64,000 nt of DNA from an uncultured bacterium (GCA_963695095.1 CAVOFT010000001.1:3040001-3104000); one strand, 5' to 3'; positions 10,907 through 22,462 are shown, numbered from the stretch's first letter. Notes: generated from the letters alone by a model not told the origin. Translations and numbers: made by a program.

Positions 10907-12103
10907 ATGCGCGACCGCGGCATTCTCTACACCACCGCCTTTCTGCGCGCCCTGAGCACGGGCTTCATCGGCGTGACCCTGGGGCTCTACCTCGCGCGCA
11001 TGGGACACGACGCGGCGGCAATCGGCCGCATCGTCTCGGCCGGCCTCGCCGGCGCCGCGCTGGCCGCCATCCTCGCCACCGCCTTCGCGGATCGCCTGGG
11101 TCGGCGGCGCTTCCTGGCGGGCACGGCCGCCATCGGCGCGCTCGGCACGGTGGCCTTCGCGCTCAGCGACAGTCCCCTGGCGCTCGCCCTCACGGCCTTC
11201 GTGGCCATGCTCAACGGCATGGGCCGCGACCGCGGCGCGGCGCTCATCCTCGAGCAGGCGGCCCTGCCCGCCACGACCACGGACGCCGGCCGCACGCGCA
11301 CCATCGCCGTCTACACGATGCTGCAGGACATCGGCCACGGGCTGGGCGCCCTGCTCGCCGGACTGCCCTCGGTGCTGCGTTCCGGGGACGCCACCGGCGC
11401 CGGCGGCTACCGCGTCGCGCTGTTCCTCTGCGCCGGACTCGGCCTGGCAATGGCGCTGCTCTACCTGCGCCTGCGCGCCGGCATCGAGCCGGGCGCGGGC
11501 GCCCGCCGCCAGCGCCTGTCGCCGCGCAGCCGCGGCCTGCTCCTGCGCCTCTCGGCGCTCTTCGGCATCGACAGCCTGGCCGGCGGCTTCCTGACCACCA
11601 CCCTGCTCTCCTACTTCTTCTTCGCGCGCTTCGCCGCGCCGGAGATGGCGATCGGCCTGCTCTTCTTCTTCTCGCGCCTGATGAACGCGGGTTCGCACCT
11701 GGCCGCCGCCTGGTTGGCCGGCCGCATCGGCCTCGTCAACACGATGGTCTTCACGCACATCCCCTCCAGCCTGCTCCTGGTCACCGTCGCCTTCGCGCCC
11801 AGCTTCCCGGTGGCGGCTGCGCTCTTCCTGCTGCGCGAGGGGCTCGTCGAGATGGACGTCCCCACCCGCAGTTCCTACGTGCTCGCCGTGGTCCAGCCGG
11901 AGGAGCGGACGGTCGCCTCGGGCATCACCAATCTCGTCCGCCTGGGCGGCTGGGCCGTGGCGCCCGCCCTGGCCGGCAGCCTGATGGACCCCGGGTCGCT
12001 CTACCTGCCGCTCGTCATCGGCGCCGGCATGAAGATCGCCTACGACCTGCTGCTCTGGCGCGCATTTCGCGCGATCAAGCCACCGGAAGAGTCGCAGACG
12101 TAA
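10907..12103 (+). CDS. MFS transporter
   Basis: About 12 hydrophobic segments; MFS motif A-like ADRLGRRR and AGRIGL; GGGAGG before ATG 10907. Confidence 0.9.
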   Translation: MRDRGILYTTAFLRALSTGFIGVTLGLYLARMGHDAAAIGRIVSAGLAGAALAAILATAFADRLGRRRFLAGTAAIGALGTVAFALSDSPLALALTAFVAMLNGMGRDRGAALILEQAALPATTTDAGRTRTIAVYTMLQDIGHGLGALLAGLPSVLRSGDATGAGGYRVALFLCAGLGLAMALLYLRLRAGIEPGAGARRQRLSPRSRGLLLRLSALFGIDSLAGGFLTTTLLSYFFFARFAAPEMAIGLLFFFSRLMNAGSHLAAAWLAGRIGLVNTMVFTHIPSSLLLVTVAFAPSFPVAAALFLLREGLVEMDVPTRSSYVLAVVQPEERTVASGITNLVRLGGWAVAPALAGSLMDPGSLYLPLVIGAGMKIAYDLLLWRAFRAIKPPEESQT

Positions 12104-12189
12104 CTATTTAGCGTCACCTTTGCGATTCCGATAAAGTCCTGGCGGCAGCACCCGATGAATTGTTGAGCGATTCACCGGGAAAGGTCGCC

Positions 12190-14396
12190 ATGCAAACTGA
12201 GCTGGAGCTGAGGGAAGCGCTGGCGCGTGACATCGACAGCCTCGCCGATCAGCTCTCCCAGGCCGCCGACGGCAACTTCGACTTCCGTGTACATACGGAC
12301 TCCGCCGATGCGCGCGTGCAGAAGCTCGGGACGCTGGTCAACATCGTGGTCGAGAGCGCGCGCCGGGCCATCGCCGAGCTCAAGCAGGAGCATCGCAGGC
12401 TGCAGGAAAGCGAGCAGCGGCACCGCGACTACATCGCGAACACGCCCCTCGGCGTGTTCGTCACCGATGAGCGGGGCCGCTACGTCCAGGTCAACCCGGC
12501 GGCCTGCCGCATGACCGGCTACGCGGAGCACGAGCTGCTGGCCATGAGGATCCCCGATCTCCTGGGCCGAGAGGGCATCGCCGCCGGGATGCGCTACTCC
12601 AGGCTGTCGCCGAGGCAGGCGAGGCGCATGACGAGTTCCGTTTCCGCACCAAGAGCGGCGAGCTGCGCTGGTGGTCCGTCTCCGCCGTGAAGCTGTCGGA
12701 GTCCCGTTTCATCGGCTTCTGCAGCGACATCAGCGAGCGCAAGCGCGCCGAGGAGGCGCTACGGGAATCGCGCGAAGTGCTGCAGGGTGTTCTCGATGCC
12801 ATCCCGGTGCGGGTCTTCTGGAAAGACAGAGAACCTGGTCTACCTCGGCTGCAATGCGGCCTTCGCGGGGGATGCGGGGGTCGCGGGGCCCGAGGCGGTC
12901 ATCGGCAAGGACGACTTCGCGATGGGCTGGCGGGACCAGGCGGAGCTTTATCGAGCCGACGATCGCGCCGTGATCGAAGGCGGGCAAGCCAGACTCCTCA
13001 TCGAGGAGCCGCAGACGACGCCCGACGGCGGGCAGATCCACCTGCTGACGAGCAAGCTCCCCCTCCGCGCCGCCGACGGCGCCATCGTCGGCGTGCTCGG
13101 CACCTACTACGACATCACCCCCCTCCGCCGCGCGGAGCAGGACTACCGCACGCTGTTCCGCGAGATGCTGGACGGCTTCGCCTTGCACGAGATCATCTGC
13201 GACGCCGCCGGGCGGCCGGTGGATTACCGCTTCCTCGCCGCCAATCCGGCCTTCGAGCGCATGACCGGCCTCGAGGCGGCGGCGATCCTGGGGCGGACGG
13301 TCCTCGAGGTCCTGCCGGACCTCGACCGCTCCTGGATCGACACCTACGGCAAGGTGGCGCTGAGCGGCGAGCCGGCTCACTTCGAGGACGAGGTCGCGTC
13401 CATGGGCAAGCGCTTCGCGGTGTCGGCCTTCCGGCCCGCGCCGGGCCAGTTCGCCTGCTTCATCGCCGACGTCACCGCCCAGCGGCTGGCGGAGGCGGAG
13501 CAGCGCCGCCTCGAGGAGCAGCTCGGCCAGTCGCAGAAGCTGCAGGCGGTCGGCCAGCTCGCCGCCGGCATCGCCCATGAGATCAACACGCCCGCGCAGT
13601 TCGTGGGCGACAGCATCCAGTTCCTCGGCGACAGCATCGCGCCGATCGAGTCCCTCCTCGCGAAGTCCGGCGGCGGCTGGCCGACCTGCCGGCCACTGCC
13701 GAGCACGAGGAGCTGCGCGCGCAGATCGCGGCGGTCGAGGCCGCCGTCGACATCAACTTCGTGCTCGAGAACTTCCCCGGCGCCGTGGCCGACGCCAAGG
13801 ACGGCGTCTCGCGGATCTCCACCATCGTGCGCGCGATGAAGGAATTCGCGCATCCGGACCAGAACGAGAAGGCCGCGGCAGATCTCAATCGCGCCCTCGA
13901 ATCCACGCTGACCATCGCGCGCAGCGAGTACAAGTACGTGGCCGAGCTGGTCACCGAATTCGGCGAGATGCCGCCGGTGATCTGCCACCTCGGCGACCTG
14001 AACCAGGTCTTCCTCAACCTGCTGGTGAACGCCGCCCATGCGATCGGCGATGTCGTCGGCACGAGCGGCGCGCTGGGGACCATCCGCGTGCGCACGGCCC
14101 GCGAGGGCGACTGCGCGCGCATCGACATCGAAGACACGGGTGGCGGCATTCCCGAGGCCGTCCGCGATCGCGTCTTCGAGCCCTTCTTCACGACCAAGGC
14201 GGTCGGCAAGGGCACCGGACAGGGCCTGGCCATCGCCCATGCGATCGTCGTCGGGAAGCACGGCGGCACGCTGCGCTTCACTTCCGAACTCGGCAAGGGC
14301 ACCTGCTTCACGATTCGCCTGCCGCTCGTCCCCGTCGTCCCCGCGGCGACGCCGCTCCCCTCCCACCAGTCACCGACTGGAGAAGGATCGACATGA
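12190..14396 (+). CDS. Cytoplasmic multi-PAS sensor histidine kinase (NtrB-like), frameshifted
   Basis: PAS motifs VNPAACRMTGY, VFWKD..GCNAAFA, ANPAFERMTG; H-box GQLAAGIAHEINTP; N/G boxes QVFLNLLVNAAHA, DTGGGIP, FEPFFTTK, GTGQGL. Indels near 12600, 12830 and 13670. Confidence 0.9.
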
Positions 14397-14992
14397 ACCA
14401 GACTTCCGTGACCGCGGACGCCCAGACGCCGCCGGCAAGCGACACCCTCAGCACGGTGCTCTTCGTGGACGACGAGCCGAAGATCCTCACCGGATTGCGC
14501 GTGGCGCTGCGCAAGTTTCCCTTCCGGATCCTCACGGCGAATTCGGCCGCCGAGGCCCTGGCCGCGCTCGCTGAGCAGCATGTGGACGTGGTGGTCTCCG
14601 ACGAGCAGATGCCGCTGATGTCGGGCTCGCAACTGCTGAGCGTGGTGCGCAAGCAGCATCCGGAGACGATTCGGATCATCCTCACGGGCCAGGCGAGCCT
14701 CGAAGCCGCAGTGCGCGCCATCAACGAGGGAGAGGTCTATCGCTTCCTGGCCAAGCCCTGCAATCCGATGGATCTCGCGAACACCATTCTCGGCGGTCTG
14801 CAGCTGCGCGATCTCGCCAGGCAGAGCTCGCGCCTGCTGTCCCGGACGCGCCAGCAGCAGGCCGTCCTGCGCAAGCTCGAGAGCCAGCATCCCGGCATCA
14901 GCGAGGTCAAGGTGGACGCGGGCGGCGCCATCCAGCTCGAGGCCGGCGATCTGCAGAGCCTGATCCGGGAACTCGAGCAGGAAAACCGCTAG
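14393..14992 (+). CDS. Response regulator (receiver domain plus C-terminal helical extension)
   Basis: VLFVDDE, VVVSDEQMPLMSG, ILTG, RFLAKP; ATGA overlap with the kinase stop. Confidence 0.9.
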   Translation: MNQTSVTADAQTPPASDTLSTVLFVDDEPKILTGLRVALRKFPFRILTANSAAEALAALAEQHVDVVVSDEQMPLMSGSQLLSVVRKQHPETIRIILTGQASLEAAVRAINEGEVYRFLAKPCNPMDLANTILGGLQLRDLARQSSRLLSRTRQQQAVLRKLESQHPGISEVKVDAGGAIQLEAGDLQSLIRELEQENR

Positions 14993-15105
14993 CGCCGGGT
15001 TGCCGGGCGGCGGCGTTCCCCCTCGGCGCTGCCAGCCCCCCAACCCCTGTCCTTGACAGCCGGCAGCCTGCCATGCCCACCTGCGGCAACTCAGGAGGTG
15101 CCGCC

Positions 15106-15549
15106 ATGGCCGAGACTGGCCTGTTCGCGAAGTGGATCCGCTCGGGTCCCGCCCTGCATAGCCTGCTGCGCATCGTGGCCGCGCTCATGTTCCTGCAGGC
15201 CGGCACGATGAAGCTCTTCGCCTGGCCGATGGGCATGCCGCCGGACGGCAGCACCGCGAAGCTCCTCACGCAGATCGGCATCGGCGGCCTGCTCGAGGTG
15301 GGCGGCGGCCTGCTCATGTTCGTGGGCCTCTTCACGCGGCCCGTCGCCTTCCTGCTCGCCGGCGAGATGGCCGTGGCCTACTTCCAGTTCCACCAGCCGC
15401 AAGGCCTCTGGCCCGTGCAGAACGGCGGCGTGGCGGCCGCGCTCTACTGCTTCGTCTGGCTCTACTTCTCCGCTGCCGGGGCAGGACCCTGGAGCCTCGA
15501 CGCGCGCCGGAGCGCCCCTCGCCGATATCGGAGCGATAAGGCTGATTAG
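15106..15549 (+). CDS. DoxX family membrane protein
   Basis: LLRIVAALMFLQAGTMKLF..GLFTRPVAFLLAGEMAVAYF..GAGPWSLD; AGGAGG RBS. Confidence 0.9.
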   Translation: MAETGLFAKWIRSGPALHSLLRIVAALMFLQAGTMKLFAWPMGMPPDGSTAKLLTQIGIGGLLEVGGGLLMFVGLFTRPVAFLLAGEMAVAYFQFHQPQGLWPVQNGGVAAALYCFVWLYFSAAGAGPWSLDARRSAPRRYRSDKAD

Positions 15550-15662
15550 CACTTGTTGCCCGCCAGGCTTGCGCGGGAGAGCGCGCTGCGGGATAATGAA
15601 GCTGTGAGTGCTGCCGGCCCCGCGCGAGCGCTGCGCCGAATAACCTGAACAGGGAGGGCGAG

Positions 15663-16185
15663 ATGGCCGCAACTCCAGGCCGGAGCGCCCAGGCGGCCGC
15701 GAGCGAGTTGCGGCTCACTCGCGAGCTTGCCGCGCCGCCGAGCCTCGTCTTCCGCGCCTGGACGGAGACCGCGCGCCTGCGCCAGTGGTGGGGGCCGCGC
15801 GGCTTCACGGTGATCGGGATGGCCAACGACCCGCGCCCGGGCGGCATCTGCCACTACGGCCTCGCCGCCCCGGATGGCCGGGTGCTCTGGGAGCGCTGGG
15901 TCTACCGTGAGATCCAGCCGCCCGACCGGCTCGTCCTCGTCGCTTCCTTCGCGGACGCCGAGGGTCGCGTCATCCGCCACCCGGTCGCCACCGACTGGCC
16001 CATGGAGACGCAGATCAGCCTCGACTTCGCGGCCTTCGGGAGCGACACACGGCTGACCCTCTGCAGCGCCCCCGACGGCGCAGGCCGCCGAGCAGCAGGC
16101 CTTCCGCGACGGCCACGCCTCCATGCAAGCGGGCTGGGAAGGCACCCTGGCCGCACTCGCTGCCCATCTGTCCAGAAATCCCTAG
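15663..16185 (+). CDS. SRPBCC/AHSA1-like domain protein (one indel near 16080)
   Basis: ELRLTRELAAPPSLVFRAWT..QWWGPRGF..YREIQPPDRLV; C-terminus in a shifted frame, GHASMQAGWEGTLAALAAHL. Confidence 0.85.
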
Positions 16186-16224
16186 GCGGTCAGCGGCCGG
16201 CGGGGCCAGATCCGGCAGCGACGC

Positions 16225-16614
16225 TCAGTCGCCCTCGCCGCGACCGTGACCATGACCATGGAGGCCGCAGGTGGCATCGGGGTCCACTTCGACGAGGGCT
16301 TCGCGCTCCAGATCGGCAAGCGTGGCGGCGACCGTGGGCTGGCCCGCAAGGTAGATCCGGAGGCCCGCGGCCTGCAGCTTGCCGAGCGCTCCTGCTGCCG
16401 ATACCGCCAACGGCGATCGCGTCCATGGCCTCACCGGCCAGGACGGCCAGCGGCTGGCACATCCCGTGCGCATGGTGCTGGTCTGTTGATTGGCGATGCT
16501 GCGGCAGTCGCCGCTCTCGGTGTCGACGACGAGAAAGAGCGGCGCTGAGCCGAAGTGCGCGCAGACGGGGCTCTTCAGGCCGGCGTCCTTGGTGACGGGA
16601 ATGCAGAGTTTCAT
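16225..16614 (-). CDS. NifB/NifX-family (dinitrogenase FeMo-cofactor-like) metal-cluster-binding protein
   Basis: [33 protein letters not shown] and AVGGIG in a shifted frame; His-rich tail CGLHGHGHG. Confidence 0.85.
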   Translation of the reverse strand: MKLCIPVTKDAGLKSPVCAHFGSAPLFLVVDTESGDCRSIANQQTSTMRTGCASRWPSWPVRPWTRSPLAVSAAGALGKLQAAGLRIYLAGQPTVAATLADLEREALVEVDPDATCGLHGHGHGRGEGD

Positions 16615-16639
16615 GGATCCTCTCCTTGTTCGGGTGCCT

Positions 16640-16830
16640 CCCAGCCCGCCCGGCAGCGGCCGCCGCGATGCGGCTGAAGGTAGAACGCGACACGCCCATG
16701 CGTGCGGCGGCCTCCTCTTGATAGAGCCCCTCCAGATCGGCCAGGCGGAGGGCTTCCAGTTCGTCGAGGGTCATGGCGATGGACTCCAGCGCGCGCAGCG
16801 GGCCGAGCTGCACCCAGGCGATCTCGCCCC
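16640..16830 (-). pseudogene. DUF134-family HTH fragment, truncated at both ends
   Basis: [45 protein letters not shown]. The usual MPRP..C N-terminus and ARxKVAxAL C-terminus are missing. DUF134 commonly sits next to NifB/NifX genes. Confidence 0.7.
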
Positions 16831-16851
16831 GCTCGCCACTACAGGCTTGCC

Positions 16852-19169
16852 TCAGTCCGCGAGGCCCATTCTAGCCAGGAAGGCCGCCCAGCGCGGATCG
16901 GCGTGCAGCAACGCAAAGGAAGGCTCGCGCTTGACCTCGCTGAGACCCGCGTCGCGCTGGGCATAGGAGCGCTCAAGCCAGGCGAAGGCCGGCTCGACTT
17001 CCCCGCGCAGAGCGAAGGCAGCCGCGATCTGGTAGGCACCGTCATCCGGATAGTCCGCGACGAGCGTGGCGAGCGCACGGTCAGATTCTTCCTGGCGACC
17101 GAGGACATGATAGGCGACGGCGAGGGACATGAGTCGCGCCCACTCCTCGGGCTCGCGCTCGGCTTCAGCCAGCGCCTCCTCGTTCCGACCCTGGCCAAGG
17201 AGAACCGAACCCAGCATCATCCGCGTCCCGACTCGCTGCGGCGAGATCTCCAGTACCCGCCGATAGGCGGCCTCCGCCTCCGCCAGCATCCCGGCTGCCC
17301 GATAGCTCATGCCGAGCCCTGCGTAACCGCCGGCGCTCAGGGGATCCTGCTCAACAGCCCGCTGCCCCAACACGATGGCCTCATCCACGCGGCCCAGATC
17401 GCGCGCCAGCGTGGCGGCTCCGCGCAGGACATCGGCGCGGCCGGGGGCGATCGCGAGGGCCCGGCGATGCGAGGCATCGGCGGCCTGCCAGTCCCAGTCG
17501 TAGGATGTCTGGAGCGTGGCCAAGGCCAGGTGACCCTCGATCAACTCGGGCTCGAGCGCCAGCGCCCGCTCGGCCGCCTCCCGCGCAAGCCCGTGGCCCT
17601 TCGCCAGGGGAGTCCAGCTATAGCCCGCCTCGTGCCAGTGGGCGCGCGAGAGACAGGCCCAGGCCAGCGCGTGGCCCGGATCGATGGCAAGCGCCTGGCG
17701 CAGGTACTCGATGCCCTTGGCGATGTCCTCGCGCCCGAGGCGATCGACGAGGAAGCGTCCCTGCAGGAAGAGCCGGTGGGCCTCGCTGCTCTCGCCGCGG
17801 CCCCTGGCCGCCGCGGCAACCTCGGCCCGCGCCTCGCCGCTCGCCTTCGAGTGGGCGGCCTCGCCGAGCAGGGTCGTGCGCAGCTCCTTCACCACCGACT
17901 GCGCGATGTCGTCCTGCACCGCGAAGATGTCCTCCAGCGTGCGGTCGTAGGTCTCCGACCAGAGCTGGTAGCCGTCGGCCACCTTCACGAGCTGCACGGC
18001 GATGCGCACGCGGTTGCCCACCTTGCGCACGCTGCCCTCGAGAACGCTGGCCACGTTGAGCGGCATGCCCTACGTCCGAGACCGTTGCATCCTTGCCCTT
18101 GAAGCTGAAGGCCGAGGATCGCGCCGCCACGCGCAGGCCGCTGATCTTTGCCAGCGTGCCCAGCAGCTCGTCGGCGAGGCCGTCGGCGAAGTACTCGTCT
18201 TCCTCGTCGCGGCTGCGGTTGACGAAGGGCAGCACGGCGATCGAAGGGACTTTCTGCGCAGCCGCTGCGGCGGCGCCCGAGTCGAGACGTGGCGCCGGCG
18301 GGCGCGACTCCATGCTGCTGCGCAGCAGCTTCCAGCTCGTTGCGCACGTCCTTCGCGGTCTGGAACCGTCGCTCGGGATCCTTCACCAGGCAACGGCCGA
18401 TGATGCGCTCGAGGTCGGCGGGCAGCTCCGCGCGCAGGCTCGCGAGCGGCGCCGGCGGGTCGCGCAGGATCGCCGAGCTGACATCGGCAGCGTCGCGCCG
18501 GCGAACGGGCGCCGGCCCGTTGCGAGTTCGTAGAGCATGATGCCCAGCGCGAAGAGGTCCGTGCGCGCATCGACCGCCTCGCCGCGGAGCTGCTCGGGCG
18601 CCATGTACGGGCACGGTGCCCAGCACCTGGCCCGGCGACGGAGATGCGGTTCGACGGCGGCGAGCGTGCGCGTCTCGGCCAGGGCCGCATTCACCCGGCC
18701 AGCTTGGCGAGGCCGAAGTCGAGCACCTTCACGCGGCCCTCGCGCGTGAGCATGACGTTGGCGGGCTTGAGGTCGCGGTGGACGACGCCCTTCTCGTGCG
18801 CGGCGGCGAGGGCGTCGGCCAGGCGGGATCGCCAGCTCGAGCAGGCGGGCCAGCGGCAGGCCGCCGGGGCGACCAGCTGTCGAGCGCCCTGCCCGTCGAC
18901 CAGCTCCATGGTCAGGAAGTGGCGTCCCTCGGCCTCCTCGATCGAGTGGAGCGTGACGATGTTGGGGTGGTTGAGCGCGGCGACCGCGCGGGCCTCGCGC
19001 TCGAAGCGGGCCAGGCGCTCGGCGCGCGGCCACGCCGCGGGCAGCACCTTGAGCGCGACCTCGCGGCCGAGCCGGCGTCGCGGGCGCGGTAGACCTCGCC
19101 CATGCCGCCCGCGCCGAGGGGCAGCGAGGATCTCGTAGCCGCCGGGCGCGTGCCGGGTGCAAGGAACAT
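16852..19169 (-). CDS. Ser/Thr protein kinase with TolB-like N domain and TPR repeats, multiply frameshifted
   Basis: [63 protein letters not shown], TPRs ending [13 protein letters not shown]. Confidence 0.9.
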
Positions 19170-19262
19170 GGGGTTTCAGGTTCCGGCCGCGGAGCCCCGC
19201 TGTCAAAGCGCGCTACCCGCCCTGCCGCGGCCGGCGATCCTGCGTTGCCGGCCAGATCCGCC

Positions 19263-19907
19263 TCATTGCCGCCAGCGGACGATTATGTCCTGCTCGGGCA
19301 GGAAATCCGTGGCTTCGTAGGTCCAGACCGTCTCCTCGCCCTCGCGCCGTGTGAACGGGAAACTGAACTCGAGCGGTTCGGCGCCGGCGGGCAAGCGGAT
19401 CTCGAAGGCGGCTCGCGCAGCGGGCTGCCCCAGGCCTTGGTGGTCGTCACGATGTAGCGCGCGTATTCGGTGCGGGAGCTGCTGGCGATAGATCGCCTCG
19501 ACGACGAGCGTATCGCTCGGGCAAGGCGGCAGCCACCAGCGCACGACCCACTGGCCCGGCACTGCCTCCCAGCGCGCCGGCAGCGCGGGGCCGCTGGCGC
19601 CGGCCCGCACCGCGAGCGAGACGAAGCGCCAGCCGCCGAGCAGCGAGTCGCGCGGGAAGGGATAGAAGAGCGGGAAGCGCCTCGCTCTCCCCCCCGCAAG
19701 CAGCAGGTAGCTGCCGCGCACCTCGAGGCTGTCGCCGACGATGCTCAGGCAGATGCGCTCGGAGTCGAAGACGAGCGGGCAGGCTGCGCGCGAAGGCGTC
19801 GCGCGGCCGGGTGGCACCCGGCGCTTCCCCGTCGCGCAGGCCAGCGCTTGCGCGAGCAGGCCGAGCGTCAAGGCGGCGGCAAGCGCGGCAGCACGCGCAA
19901 CCGTCAC
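19263..19907 (-). CDS. Hypothetical exported protein (DUF4424-like beta-rich), probable indels
   Basis: Signal-like [56 protein letters not shown] in a shifted frame. Confidence 0.6.
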   Translation of the reverse strand: MTVARAAALAAALTLGLLAQALACATGKRRVPPGRATPSRAACPLVFDSERICLSIVGDSLEVRGSYLLLAGGRARRFPLFYPFPRDSLLGGWRFVSLAVRAGASGPALPARWEAVPGQWVVRWWLPPCPSDTLVVEAIYRQQLPHRIRALHRDDHQGLGQPAARAAFEIRLPAGAEPLEFSFPFTRREGEETVWTYEATDFLPEQDIIVRWRQ

Positions 19908-19934
19908 CCCAGCTTGCGCGACTCGAGCCGCCCA

Positions 19935-20901
19935 TCAGGGTAGAGCGTCTTGATCGCGCCCCAGCTCGGCGACGCCGTCGGCGTCGTCCTCGCCGACGAT
20001 GAAGGTGACCGGCAGGCAGCGCCCCATAGGGCTGGCCGCGCGCACCCAGGCTGGCGTCGGTCGCCGACGGCGAGGCCGCTCGCGTCGGCGGTGACAGCCA
20101 GCCGGTGATGGTTGAAGCCGATGGTAGTCGTCGAGGTGCTCGAGCCAGTCCGCCAGCGGCGTCACCGCACCCAGCGAGCACAGATGCCCGCCCAGATCTC
20201 CGTCTCCGCCCACGGCCTGCCGCCGGGTGCGGCGCTGAGCTCAGCACTGGATGGGCGAAGTCGATCACGCAGTTGCGGTCCGTAGCCGCAGGGGATGTGC
20301 GTGTACTCGCAAGGCAAGCCGACCTCGGCGCCGCAGCCCTCGGCATAGCTCGGGAAGGGATTCCCGCAGTCGAGCGTGACGGTGCTTGCCCCAGGTGCTG
20401 GCGAAGCCGAAGCGCCCCGGCTCCGCTCACGTCGAAGACGAAGCGGGCGATCAGGAACACCTCGTGGAAGCTGATGGGCAGGTCGGGGGATCGAGTGACC
20501 CAGTAGTTCAGTCGCAGTGGAAGCGCGTAGGGCGGGAGGAGATTCCAGATCGCCCCCCAGACGCCGCACACGGTCGCCGTCGACGAACTGCCAAGCCCTC
20601 CGGCCAGACCAGATCGCAGTCGACCGCCCGGATGTCCATCGGCTGGCCCGCCTGCTGCCAGTGGATCGGCTGAAGAAGAGCAGGAATTCCCAGGTGCCCA
20701 GCGCCGATGCGTCGTTGACGACTTGCTCGCAGTCGACGATGTCCGTCTCGCAGGGCCGGCGAACTCCTGCACGTGGCATGAGCAGCGCCGACTCGGGGGG
20801 GACGTTGGCCGCGCTCGGGCAGGACCGAGGCCAGGAGAAAGGTGGCAACGCCGCCCAGCCCAGGCCAGCCGGAGCCACAAGCCGCGCGCGAAACCCTGCA
20901 T
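19935..20901 (-). CDS. Hypothetical Cys-rich secreted protein ending in SWGAIKTLY, frameshifted
   Basis: GGAGG RBS before ATG 20901; hydrophobic N-terminus; CETDIVDCEQV..GTWEFLLFF; CGAEVGLPCEYTHIPC; terminal ASPSWGAIKTLY. Confidence 0.6.
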
Positions 20902-20997
20902 GCCCCCGCCTCCTGCCCGCACACCGCAAAGGCTGACTCGATGCGGTCCCAGTGTAGCACCGCGTCGGGACGCCGTCGAGGTGCCGGCCGGCGACGC

Positions 20998-21025
20998 TTG
21001 ACGCCGGCGCCGCGGCCGCTATCCT
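20998..21025 (+). promoter_or_regulatory. Candidate sigma70 promoter upstream of rsgA
   Basis: TTGACG-16 bp-TATCCT. Confidence 0.45.
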
Positions 21026-21259
21026 TGAGGCTTCACCCGCGGGCTATCCCGGAAAGGGCTGATGTCGACCGTTGCTCTCCATGAGGGACAGGCCTAGGGC
21101 GAAGCGGCAAGGCCACGCGGCCAAAGGGCCGTGCGCCGCTGCTTCGTCTCTCGCCTGCTCCCCTGCCAGCGCAGACCGCGCCGGGCGATACGCGCACCGG
21201 CGGCCGGGTTCTGCGCCGTTCGTGCACACCCCAACCGCACGCAAATGGAGAGCACCGCA

Positions 21260-22343
21260 ATGAGCGATCTGAAGGCCCTGGGTTTCGGCCCCTATTTCCA
21301 AGCACAATTCGAGGCGTGGGCCGAGCCCGCGCTGATTCCCGCCCGCGTCGCCGCCGAGCACCACGGCGCCTATGAAGTGTGGACGGCGAGCGACCGCCGG
21401 CCAGGCCAAGCTCGCCGGGCGCCTGCGCCGCGAGCTTGCGGAGAGCGAAGCGCCCACGGCCGGCGACTGGGTCGCCCTGCGCGAGGCGCCGGGCCCGGAC
21501 AGCATCGCATTGATCGAGCGCGTCTTCGCGCGGCGCACGGTCTTCACCCGCGGCGCCGCGGGGCGCGAAGGCGGGTGCAGGTGGTGGCGGCCAATGTCGA
21601 TCTCGTCTACGTGGTGAGCAGCATGGACGCCGACTTCAACCTGCACCGCATCCAGCGCTACCTGGCCCGCATCCACGCCGGCGGCGCCACGCCCGGCGTC
21701 ATCTTGAACAAGGCGGATCTCTGCGCGGACGTGGCCGACCGTGTGCTCGACGTGGAGCTGGCCTGCCCCGGCGTGCCCGTCCACGCGGTGAGCGCGCTGC
21801 GCGGCGAGGGCGTCGCGGCCATCCGCGCGGCGGTCGGCCCGGGGATGACCGCGGCCTTCCTCGGCTCCTCGGGGACGGGGAAGTCCACCCTGATCAATGC
21901 CCTCCTCGGCGAGGCGCGATGGCCACCGGCGCCGTGCGCGCCTACGACGGCAAGCGGCCGCCACACCACCAGCCACCGGCAGCTCCTGCGCCTGCCCGGC
22001 GGCGGGCTGCTGCTCGACACGCCCGGCATGCGCGAGCTGCAGCTCGCTCGACGAGCGACGGGCTGGACGCGGTCTTCCCGGAGATCGCCGCGCTGGCCGC
22101 CGCAGTGCCGCTTCCCGGACTGCCGGCACGAGGGCGAGCCGGGCTGCGCCGTGCAGGCGGCGATGGCGGCGGGCGCGATCGGCGCCGAGGCGCTCGCGCA
22201 CTGGCGCAAGCTCGAGAAGGAGGCCCACGCCTACGCGCTGCGGCAGGACGTGCGCCTGCGGCGCGAGGCAGGAACGCGCCTGGGGACGCCGCTACGCGCA
22301 GGCGATCAAGGAGCTGAAGCCGAAGCGCCGCGAAGCGCGCTAG
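21260..22343 (+). CDS. rsgA: Ribosome small subunit-dependent GTPase A, frameshifted
   Basis: VAANVD, LNKADL, GSSGTGKST, GRHTT, DTPGMRE, zinc finger CRFPDCRHEGEPGC. Confidence 0.93.
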
Positions 22344-22395
22344 CCTTGGGTCCTTGAGAGGCATGCGCACAAACGGCGCCTCCGCGCGCCGGCTT

Positions 22396-22462
22396 GCGGC
22401 CCTGGCCGAGGCGGAGTGTACACGTGTACAAAACAAGCCGCCCTGCCGGGTCGTGATCTGCC
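22396..22462 (+). repeat. Degenerate ~67-bp copy of an internal segment of the HNH gene (43230-43296) containing palindrome TGTACACGTGTACA
   Basis: Manual alignment gives 59/67 identity; translates AALAEAECTRVQNKPPCRVVI versus AALAESECTRVQNEPPYQVVI. Confidence 0.85.

Noticed and set aside
16225..16614. Nitrogen fixation locus
   Set aside because: NifB/NifX-like small proteins and nifJ are widespread in non-diazotrophs; no nifHDK here.
21026..21075. Fluoride riboswitch or hammerhead (GGCTGATG motif)
   Set aside because: The pseudoknot complement and the CUGANGA/GAAA core arrangement are absent.
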